A stretch of DNA of 33,083 bases from Callorhinchus milii (taxonomy: Eukaryota), in the NCBI RefSeq assembly GCF_018977255.1, contig NW_024705586.1, positions 1 to 33,083 of the forward strand. The letters are read 5' to 3'. The first letter of the stretch is position 1. Every line of letters begins with the position of its first letter. The notes under the pieces were generated by a model, which saw only the letters and a program-made list of their open reading frames with translations, was not told where the DNA came from and did not search any database. The position numbers were made by a program, and so were the translations under genes. This document shows, in pieces, positions 21,432 through 31,379 of this stretch.

Positions 21432-22759
21432 GTGCCCATTTATATTTAAGAACATCATAAACTACCAATACATCTGGCTTTGTATTTATCGAATAATATG
21501 ATCCAAATTTTCATCTCATTCTCACAGTGTAATCTCTCCTCTTGAAGCAATGATAGGCCTTCACCCGTGCTATGGATTTCTCTGGTTCAGTATTTCAGGT
21601 AACTGTTCAATTGGTCTCTCACTCGCCTCTTTGTTTGAAAATATGGGGTTAAGCCTTATTCCAGACATTAAACTCTCAATCTTGAAAGACGGTCAATTGC
21701 AGTGATGATGGAAAACTGCCCTGAATTATTTACCGTCCTCCAGCAGAAATATTCAGCCAAGGACGCATTTAACTTTTCAGATTTACTTTTAACTGGACAT
21801 TAAAGATCATTGATACTTTATTTTCCAATACAGACACTAAACTTCATTAAGCCTCACATATACTTTCAAATATTTCAGCTGGGGAAGCACAGAAATTTAT
21901 GTCATGTAAGAAGGCCTTTCAGACCATTGCGTGTGTATTTGGCTCCGTGAAGAACAATCATGTCAACCGAAATTATCTCTTCTTTCCCCATACTGTTGTA
22001 GCTGACTCTTGTAGGCCACTTCCACTCCCTCAAGCATCATGCTTGATTCAATGTTAATTCGCGGCTTAAATCCATCCTCAAGGTCCAAAACTAGTCCCTG
22101 TATGGCCACAATAAACGCAGCTACTGTCCTGAACTCAGTCAAATGTTACTTCGTCTGCAGGATCATCCTTGAGGAAACGACAGCCCCAGGATTCTCTTCT
22201 CCATTAGCACCCAACTTCTTCACCAACCTTCCTGTGCCCCACTCATTCTCTCTGCCAATTCCAAATTTTATGAGATGGCGATCTTCCTCAACTCCAAGAT
22301 AGAGATCATCCAATCTGCATTGACTCGCCAAACCCTACAACCTCCACCCAAAATATTGTCTCTAACAATCCTTCATTCCTATTAACATATTTGTGCAACT
22401 CCCGAACTCCTTCAAAAACACGGAGGTCCCAACCTACTGAGGAGCAGCTACATATCTTGGCCCATCTACATGCTCGTAAATGACGGTCTTTTTCGGAACC
22501 TGCTTTTCCTATCCAAGTGAACCATTCTTCGCTTCATAGCTTAGCTCTTTCTTTTACGCGCAGTCCCTCTCCCTGATTGATAACATTGTCCTGGTCAACA
22601 CAAACACTGACATTGTTCCCATGTGTGACACAGATGTTCTAAGCCTCTCTGTTCTCATGGAACGGTTGTCCCCAAAACATAATTGACCATTCATTTGAAA
22701 TATATGTCTCCAAATAAAATACATAATTTAGTATTCTTGTCTGCCGATTGTCCTATCAT

Positions 22760-23222
22760 CTCGAATTGAAGATCCTCATCCTCGACTTCGAATTCAAGAT
22801 CCTCATCATCGTCTACAAGGCCATTCACGGCCTTGCTCCCTCCTACCTCTCTGACCCACTATCCCACGACTTCCCTGCCTGTACCCTCTGTTCCTCTGGC
22901 TCCGGTCTGCTCCACATCCCCCGTCCCAACTGCCCTACCATCGGTGGCCGGACCTTCAGCCTCTCAGCCCCCAGGCTCTGGAATTCTATTCCCCAGTGCT
23001 TTCGCCGCTTCCTCCCTTTCCTCCTTCAAGGCAGGTCTCAAGACCTTTCTCTTTGACCGTGCCTTCAGCTCCCCTCTCAACTCTCTACCCCCTGCTCGCT
23101 CCCACCCTTCCCTCCCCTCACCCTGACCATTTACCCCCCTGCTCGGGTCCTGACCCAACTGTACAGCGCCTTGGGACTTCCTCCCGACGTGAAAGGAGCT
23201 CTAAAAATGCTGTTGTTGTTGT
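22760..23222 (+). mobile_element. 5'-truncated L2 (type A), close relative of 9340-11293
   Basis: YKAIHGLAPSYLSD...RLWNSIP; same 3' UTR and (TTG)n tail. Confidence 0.93.
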
Positions 23223-23261
23223 CGTTTCCTGGTCCAGTACTCCCTTGGTTTCTCTCATTGA

Positions 23262-23385
23262 TGTTATGTCGAACGGTCGTGGACTCGAAACGTTGACTCA
23301 CTTTCAATTCTCCATAGGGCTGTACTGCTGGGTGTTCACAACTACTTCTGTTTTTGTTTTTAGATTTCCAGCTTCTGCAGTATTA
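23262..23385 (+). mobile_element. Probable Penelope-like terminal repeat relic with a decayed hammerhead-like motif
   Basis: GAACGGTCGTGGACTCGAAACGTTGAC...CTGCTGGGT...TTCTGTTTTTGTTTTTAGATTTCCAGCTTCTGCAGT resembles, from recall, the common shark Penelope-associated terminal sequence. Confidence 0.55.
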
Positions 23386-23974
23386 TGCGATTTGTTCCAT
23401 TGATGTTCCACCCGTTTGGCTGTAAGACAGTAAGTCCTTGTTGAGCGCTTCAGGTCAGCGACTGCTAGACTTAGGGTCTCTACGGCCAGGTGCTGACAGA
23501 ATGGACCAGCATGAATTGTGCAGTTGGTTTAGAATCTGAATATCTTGTTGGACTCCACAAATGTCCTTTAACCCGCATAAGTCGTGCTTCGAATCACTTC
23601 GAATCTGTAACATTGGTCTTCTACGCCTCTACCTTTCCATTTGGGCCTACCAGAACCTCATCTTTGCATATGTCACACCCGTGTCTCAATGGCGAACTTG
23701 TTCTACTGCTCAGTCCTCCAGCTATTATCCAAGCTTCTGCAGCCAGTGACATTTCGCGCACTGGGATTCATGAGCCTTTCACTACTCTTCCTGTTCGAAA
23801 ACATTCCCTCCCCTATCCCAAACAGATTGAATCTACGATCCTTCTAACCCCATCTTTGGAATCTTCTCAAAGCCTGCCACATGGCGCACCATAGCTGCTC
23901 TTCGCTTCAACCTTCGTCTTTTTGACGTCGTTTTCCTTATCAATCAACTCTCTCCCATCCTCTATTCCCACCGA

Positions 23975-24262
23975 ATGCTCGCCTGGCCAGCTGTGAAGCA
24001 AATACGCTTGGGAACTCTATCCTCCAGTGTCTTTGCCTTGCTTCCACACTTTTCACCTTCAAGGCCGGTCTTAAGACCTTTCTCTTTGACCGAGCCTTCG
24101 GCTCCCCTCCCAACTCTCTACCCCCTCCTCGCTCCCTACCTTCCCTCCCCTCACCCTGACCATTTCCGCCCAATGCTCGGGTCCTGACCCAACTGTACAG
24201 CGCATTGGGACGTCCTCCTGTCGTGAAAGGCGTTCTATAAGTGGTATCTTGTTGTTGTTGTT
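23975..24262 (+). mobile_element. L2 3' fragment (type A)
   Basis: TTCAAGGCCGGTCTTAAGACCTTTCTCTTTGACCGAGCC plus the type A UTR and tail. Confidence 0.9.
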
Positions 24263-24584
24263 GATACCCAAATTGTGGATACTATGGAATTGTAAATGTG
24301 TGTTGCACTACTGTTTAAAGTTCCCGTGACACATTCCCATCTTTTCAAATGAGAAGTTGAGATGAGGTCCCATTTACTTGTCTAGGTGGACTTCTAAAGA
24401 TTGCTTGACACGTTTCGGTCCAATGAAGTAAAATGTACCTCTGTTCCACTCAGCCGTCCATGTAGTTTGAAATACTCAAAGCACAGAACCACAGAAACTA
24501 ATGAGGAGAGGCTGGAGTTGCCAGTTTTATTCTCCCTGGCGCAGATATGGTTAAAATGAGACTTAATAGAAGTTTTCAAAATTA

Positions 24585-25570
24585 TGCCCCTGACACTTTA
24601 TTATCGTGGCCATCTAATTCGCTTACAAGTCTCTTATGTGGCGCCTTACCAAACGCTTTTTGAAAATCCATACAAACGACATCAATTGCACAGCCTTCAT
24701 CAACTATCTGCGATACTTCATCACAAATCTCTATCATGTTTTTCGAGCCATGATTTGCCTTTAACAAATCCAAGATGGTTGTCATTTATTAACCCATATT
24801 TTTCTCAGAGAAGATGTGTCTTATCGTGATTATAGTCTCCAGAAATTTCCCCACTACTAATGTTCAACAAACTGGCCTGTTGTTCCTGGGTTTATCCTTA
24901 TGCACTTTTCTGTACAGGGAAGTAACATTTGCATTCCTCCAGTCTTCCAGCAACACCCAAGTGTCCAAGGAGGAATGAAAGTTTGTTGTTAGAGCCTTCC
25001 TTATTTTCATCGTTGCTTCCCACAGAAACGGAGGTTGCATCCAGTCCAGACCGTTTGTTTTATCTTCCTTACCTTCTTTGAGCACTGTCAGACATTTCAG
25101 TAACTCCTATCGGTTTATTCTTATCTGATCCTAATTCTTTATATCCTCCGCCGATAATGTGGCATTGGCTGCATCGTTAAATTTCGGGATGACAGATGCA
25201 AAGCACACATTCGATACGTCAGCAATGCACTCTGCCTCCGCAAGCAGATTTCATATTTGGTCCTTAATTGGACCCACCTTAACTTTGAGTAACCTTTTAT
25301 TCTTTATATGCTTATAAAATAACATTGTGCAACACACTAATCTTTTCTCATATAATCTATTTGCCCAACAAGTATTATTTTTCTGTTCTCCTCTATACTT
25401 TCTGTGTACTGTTTGATTATCTTCTGAATTTTAGACGTGATATTCATCATACGACTCCTTTTTCTATTTTATTTTAATCCTAAATTCCAGATGCCCTACC
25501 ATTCCCCTTTGTGGGAAATAGTTTGTTCTTTCCGAGAACTATTTACTCATTGAATGCTTCCCATTGCTCG
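24585..25570 (-). mobile_element. CR1 LINE ORF2 fragment (degraded)
   Basis: Reverse translation EDWRNANVTSLYRK..KDKPRNNRPV and VDEGCAIDVVCMDFQKAFGKAPHKRL. Confidence 0.85.
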
Positions 25571-25584
25571 TTAGAACACAAGTA

Positions 25585-27310
25585 CATATGAACATAAGAA
25601 ATAGTAGCATGAGTTGGCAATTCGGCCGATCGAGCCTGACCCGCCATTTGATACGATCATGGCTCATATTCCAACCTAGTTCTGTTTACCCGCCCTACTC
25701 CCATATCCCTTAATCCCAATAAGTTGTAAAAATCTATCGATGTAAGAGTTCAATATGTTCAATGACTGAGCATCGGAAGCTTTCTTGGTTCGTGAATTCC
25801 ATAAATTCACTAAACTCTGAATGAACAAATGTTTTCTCAACTCAGTTCTAACTGGATGATGTTTATTTCGGATACTATTACACTCCAGTTTTAGGTTCTC
25901 CAACCAGGAAAAGAGTCGCATAATATATCTGCAATGTCAAGATCCTTAAGAATCTTATTGGTTTCCATAAGATGACCTCAAATTCTTCTGTGTCCTAGAG
26001 AACATAGGCCTAGTCAACATATCCTCGTAGGGCAACTCCCTCACCCAGGAAACAACCTATTGAACCAGTATTGTACCCCCTCCAAGGAGAGTGTATTCCT
26101 TTCTTAGATAAGTAGACCAAAACTGCACACAATATTCTAGATGCGGTCTCACCTAGACGCTATACCATTGTAGCAAGTAATCCCTACTCTTGTCCTCTAG
26201 CCAATTTTTCATAAAAGCTGACATGCTATCAGCCTTTCTAATTGCTTGCTGTACCTGCATACTAACTTTCTGTGATTGTTGTACAAGGACAGGAAAATCC
26301 CTCTGAACATTAACACTCCAAATCTCTTCCCCTATTCTCCGTCTGCCATCTTCTTGCCCATTCACCTCGACTTTCTATTTCCTTTTGCATTCTTCGTGTG
26401 TCATCCTCATAGCTTGTTCTCCCACTTATCTTCGAATCATCCTCGAAATTAGATGCGATACGTTCTGTAGCTCAGTGGTTAGAGCACTCGCTTTGCAAGC
26501 GGGAGATCTGGTTTCAATTCCAGGCAGTGGGCGAAATCTTGGGCATGTTTCCTTACTCCACAGAGAGCCTTATAATAATCCCTCCGAAACCCACAACAAT
26601 GATAAATTGATCAATTTCAATCCACGACTGTTTGTGTGACATTGCGGAGCGCAAATGGCTGCCGCGATCGCCCACAAATATACAATCAACTCACTTTAAT
26701 GTGTGTTCTGTGAAGCGCTTTGGGACGTCCTACCGACGTGAAAAGCGCTCTTTCAAATGCAAGTATTATTATTATTATATTCCCTCATCTAAATGATTCA
26801 TATAGACTGTAAATAATTGAGGCCTAAGCACTGATCCTTGTGGCAATACACTTCCTGCCAATCTGAGAAATAGCCATTTATCTCTACTCGTTGTTTTCTT
26901 CCTGTGGACCACTCTCCAATCCATGCTAGTATATTACCTTTAATTCCATGAGCTCTAATCTTATGCAGCAATCTATTAAGCGGCAGCTTGTCGAATGACT
27001 TCTGTAAATCCAACTTCACCACACCTACTGGTTCGCTCCTATCTAACTTGCTATTTGCATCCTCGAACATCTCTAAATACATTGTTAATCACGATTTCCC
27101 TTTCGTAAAGCTATACTGACACTGCCTAATCATGTTTTCATTTTCTAATTGCCCATCGATCATGCCACTAATTTTCCCTACCACTGATGTCAGACAAGCG
27201 TTCTCCATTGCTTTGTCTTCTCCCTTCTTAAAAATCAGGGTTACTTTTTCGACCTTCAAGTAAATGGGAACCATCCCAGATTCCTGAGAATTTTGGTCAA
27301 CCCATTAAAC
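25585..27310 (-). mobile_element. CR1 LINE 3' portion (RT to 3' UTR), degraded, with a nested SINE
   Basis: LDLQKSFDKLP.NRLLHKIRAHGIKGNILAWI..W.TGRKQRV.ING, QGSVL, VSMQVQQAIRKA, RTELRKHLF..LVNLWNS; 3' end (on +) GAACATAAGAAATAG. Confidence 0.88.
26463..26778 (+). mobile_element. Full-length Deu-SINE nested in CR1
   Basis: Collinear with 13465-13791 from head to (ATT)n tail. Confidence 0.92.
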
Positions 27311-27480
27311 CATTGAAACATGAATCGACATTTTTTATCAGCGCAACTAAAACTGGAATTATTTTTTTCATAAAGAAATAGAAGCAACACTGAGTATATA
27401 CAAAGACAGATAGATATACAGAGGTATATACACAACACGTGTAGTCAGACAAACAGAGGGATGGAGATACACGTATCAAA

Positions 27481-28320
27481 ACAAACAATTAAATTTGTGA
27501 AGGATCCTTTACGTCAGAAAGACATTCCAGTACGTAGCAGAAGTAGTGGATTTTGGCCCGAGCCCCAGTTGGGTTCTGGAGAGCTGGAGGGCAAGGGGTT
27601 GGGAGGTTTGCTAAGTTGTAGCAGAAGAGCAGCACCTCAGAAGGGACTTGCAGGTGGCAATATAGATTGTAAGGTGGAGGGATTGGATTGTGGGATATAG
27701 TTCTGGAGACAGGGGGCAGATATGCTGAATGTCTGAACGCCAATTATGAGGCTGAAATTGCAAGGGAACTGAAGCAGGTGTCCACCTGGCAAAGGGAGCG
27801 TGCAGGCAGTTATGGAATTAGACCATCAGAAGTGTTGTGGGGCAGTATCATGGAATATCATGGAAGGTATGTACGAGGGTTCTCAACTCAATTCTCTGTG
27901 GGATGGGGAGGACACCAGCTGCAGAGTTCTGAATAACATGCAGCTCATGGAGGGAAGATTTGGGAAGTCCAGCGAGCAGACAGTTGATGCAGTCAAGTCG
28001 GTACGTGATGAAAGCGATGATAAGGGTCACTGCAGTGTGTGGTGAGAGGCAGTGGCGGATGCTGGAAATGTTGCGGAGGCGGGGAAAGGCGGAGTAGGTC
28101 ACGGCACCAATGTGGGGTTTGATGGAGAGCAGTTGGTAGAACAGGTCTCCGAGTTTCCGTATTGGCTCCTGAGGTGAGTGTGCAACCATGAAAGGTGATA
28201 CTTTTCAATGCCTGAGCTGAGGAGGCACTGATCGTAGCCCAGAAGTGCCACTGTCTTACCAATATTAATCCGGAAGAAGTTGGCTCCTGTCCAGGACTTG
28301 ATGTCTGCCAAACCTTTACC
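27481..28320 (-). mobile_element. Old L2 3' fragment
   Basis: Reverse translation LADIKSWTGANFFRINIGKT, LRNISSIRHCLSPHTAVTLIIAFITYRLDCINCLLAGLP...VIQNSAA. Confidence 0.85.
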
Positions 28321-28438
28321 CAACTGTCACTCCATACCCTCAATTACAAGAAACAGCGCACCCCATCACCCCACATCTCACTGAAAGTATTTTAATGGTC
28401 GCTTTCAAGGTCAGGGATTTCACGCCGCAGTCTTCTCG

Positions 28439-28575
28439 CCTCCTGCACTGAGCTAACACTGACCTTCCCTGTGTGTCTCTGCCCACCTCCTGCACTGAGC
28501 TAACGCTGATCTTATCTATGTTTCTTGCCCACCTCCTGCACTGAGATTACATTTACCTTCCTTGTGTTTCCTGTA
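28439..28575. repeat. 46-47 bp minisatellite, about 3 copies
   Basis: CCTCCTGCACTGAG at 28439, 28486 and 28532. Confidence 0.85.
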
Positions 28576-29249
28576 CTGCAGGTGCAGGCAACCTTTTCGA
28601 CCTTCATTCACAAGGCACCAGCTTCTGGAATTCCAGCTCGATTACTCCACCGCACTCAATCTCAATTATCGTCATTTTTCACAAACAGAGTAGATCGTGG
28701 CCCAGCTGTCTAAGGCGCTGAATCCAGGCTCCATTTTCTAAGCGGGCATGGGCTCGGATCCAACCGCTATCAAATGATCTTTTTCAGCTCGTACATTGTA
28801 CAGATCAGATGTGATTTCTGACCGGAAAGAGCTGTGTGCAGAAGCTAACAAAATTATTCCTTCTTCCATTGATCCAACGAGAAGCCAACGTTTTTGTTCA
28901 TGAGCCAATACCCTCAGAGTGCGTTTGTGTCGTTGGCCGTTCGATCACTTTGATTCCAGCGTAGATTAGTTTCACTCCTCCAGGCCCAGCAATGCCATTC
29001 CTCGACACGATTAAATATCTTCCGGCAAGTAATTTCTCTTTAAATTCCGAATGCTTCCGGAACATAGGAGGAAGGAAGTCGTTGAATTCCAATACGAAGC
29101 AAGAGCTGTTCCAATTTGTCAATGAACCAAGTGAGGAGCGTTTTGGAATACTTTGAAAATAAAGACAACGCATCCGATCAAGTTTTTCTTGAATTAATTC
29201 ACGTGCTGGGAAGCAATTGAAGAATAATATATTTATTCCAGAAGAGCAC

Positions 29250-29323
29250 CTTCCCTGGGTGTGTTTGAACCACCAAAATTTCGGTTAGCAGCCGAACGCG
29301 CTGACCATTTGCGCCACAGTAAC
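29250..29323 (-). pseudogene. tRNA-Asn-derived pseudogene (anticodon GTT changed to GCT)
   Basis: Reverse complement GTTACTGTGGCGCAAATGGTCAGCGCGTTCGGCTGCTAACCGAAATTTTGGTGGTTCAAACACACCCAGGGAAG aligns (74 nt) with vertebrate tRNA-Asn(GTT), with acceptor- and T-stem mismatches. Confidence 0.85.
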
Positions 29324-29914
29324 TTCTGTCCACAACCTTTTCAAGCATCAGTCAGCTTTCTCGCAATATTTATTTGCAAAGCATTCCAGCACAGCTTAAA
29401 TAAAATAACTGGTAGCTATCTGCGAATACGTAACTCTTATATTTCTACGACATTGCAAGTTATTCTTCAAAAACCGTTGTTCCTAAATTAGTTGCTGATT
29501 TGATCCATATCAAATTTCAAGGATATTTGTACTTCATTTAAATGTATGTTTTGGGAGAACATGAAGCCTGATGAGCAAACAATCCCACGCCCACTGTGGT
29601 CAGTGTTTCCATCTATTTGCATTCAGATTTTACCTTTGAATATCTAATTTACAGTAGTTGTCGTTTCTTATTAACCAGGTATTGCCTGTGACAGCAATCA
29701 TATCAATCAAAAGCTGCAATTTGCTTGCACAAAATGTCAATAGAAGTCTCTGTCGTTCAATGGAAAAGAAGGTAAACTTGATGGTGGAACGCAAGCTCGG
29801 TGGGCCTTGGTATTCTGTCGCCCAGAAAATGTTATGCTCTCATGTTTTAGACCTTTTTATTTACAATGTATTCAATGTGGGTTTCAGGCTTCCATTTTCT
29901 CCTGCTCCAGCTCA

Positions 29915-30148
29915 CAACAACAACAACAACAACAACTTGGATATATCAAGCGCCCTCCACGCCGGACGGCGTCTCAGAGCGCTTCACCGTAATGGATCAC
30001 GGGACCGAGCCAGGGGGAGGGGAGGGAATGTGACCAAAGTCGCGGTCGAATACAACGGTCTTGAGCAGAGACCTGAAAATGGGAAGGGCGGGAGCGAGGG
30101 AAAGGGAGTGAGGAAGGCAGTTCCGGAGCCTCTGGGCGCAGTGGCTGA
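29915..30148 (-). mobile_element. L2 3' fragment (type B)
   Basis: (CAA)n CTTGGATATATCAAGCGCCCTCCACGCCGGACGGCGTCTCAGAGCGCTTCAC; FSHCAQRLRNCLP...LKTVVFD. Confidence 0.88.
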
Positions 30149-30149
30149 A

Positions 30150-30755
30150 GACACTCACATCACTCCCACCCGAGCCCGACTCCACTGGCTCCACATTCCA
30201 CTGAGGATCCAGTTCACGATCCTGTTCCTTAACTTGAAGGCCATCCATGATCTTGTTCCCTCCTACCTCTCTGACCTCCTGACTCCCTACCAACTGTCCC
30301 GCTCTCTCCGTTCTTCATGCTCCGGTCCGGTGCATGTCTCCCGCCCGAACATCTGTGGACCGGCTTTCAGCCACTCTACCCACATACTCTGAAACTCTAT
30401 CCCACGATCCCTTCTCCTTGCTTCCTCCCATTCCTCCTTGAAAGCCAATATGTATTCCCTTCTGTTCGAACGTGCCTTTGGTCTCCTTCCCATCTCCCTG
30501 CCTTCCGTAAGCTCTACACCACGACTCCCCCACCCCTACACCACCGCTTCCCCACCACTGCACAAATCCGTCTCTCCACCTCTCACCATCGGCCCCACCT
30601 CTACAGGATCCCTCCCACTACCCTTCAACCCCACCAATCCCCCCTAACCAACCCCACCCCGCCCCCCTGATCGGGCCCCGATACCTGAATGTTCAGCGCT
30701 GTGGGACGTCCTCCCATCGTGAATGGCGTCTATAAATATAATTTTGTTGTTGTTG
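30150..30755 (+). mobile_element. L2 3' fragment (type A-like, older)
   Basis: HITPTRARLHWLHIPLRIQF...PSYLSDLL; tail CAGCGCTGTGGGACGTCCTCCCATCGTGAATGGCGTCTATAAAT...(TTG)n. Confidence 0.88.
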
Positions 30756-30887
30756 TATAATAGGCGCCTCGCAGCAGAAGGACTAATAGGAAATGAATGA
30801 ACAGAGTGGAGGTACTAAAATTGTTGGAGGCGCTCAAGTTCAATAAGTGAGAGAGAGAAAGAGATTGAGAGCCACAAAGCGGAGAAG

Positions 30888-31005
30888 CTGTGCCGTACAA
30901 CATGGCGGTCAGCGGTGGATGTGCGGCGCCGTACAACATGGCCGTCGGCGCAGGGTTTGCGGCGCCATACAAAATGCCGGCGAGCACTTGGTGGCGGTGC
31001 CGTAC
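30888..31005. repeat. 36-bp GC-rich tandem repeat, about 3.3 copies
   Basis: GCCRTAC at 30892, 30928, 30964 and 30999. Confidence 0.85.
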
Positions 31006-31315
31006 GTGCTGTCACACCTGCACACACACACACGTACACCGAGAGCAATGGACGTGCTGACGTCGGCTCGAGCGCATCCTGAAAGCGTCATGGCGTCAGG
31101 TGCCCGGAGACCGTGGGCGGCAGCTCGACGGAGAGAGAGAGACAGAGACAAAGGGCAATGGCGGCGGCAGCAGTTACACAGAGAGAGGGGGAGAGAGAGA
31201 GTGATAGAGAGAGAGAGAGGGGGAAAGAGAGAAACATGACGTCCGCAGGTCAGTCGCTGTCTCTCTCACACTCACTCACTCTCTCTGTCACCATCACAGC
31301 CACAGACCCCCGGGA

Positions 31316-31334
31316 ACTACAGCTCCCAGCATGC
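31316..31334 (+). promoter_or_regulatory. ZNF143/Staf (THAP11-associated) motif ACTACAGCTCCCAGCATGC
   Basis: Close match to the ACTACAnnTCCCAGnATGC consensus. Confidence 0.7.
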
Positions 31335-31379
31335 CGCGCGGCTCAGAGCCCTCGGATGTCGGGGGGGGTCCAGGGGTGG

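Larger units (their letters stand above)
30880..31360 (+). promoter_or_regulatory. CpG-rich promoter-like region with 36-bp repeats and a candidate first exon
   Basis: Local CpG enrichment; YY1-like CAACATGGCGG/CAACATGGCCG; CRE-like TGACGTC twice; ZNF143 motif; strong-context ATG at 31158 and donor-like CAG|GTCAGT at 31248/31249. Confidence 0.6.

Noticed and set aside
29658..30392. 244-aa ORF
   Set aside because: A chance read-through across unique sequence, an antisense L2 tail and a sense L2 fragment.
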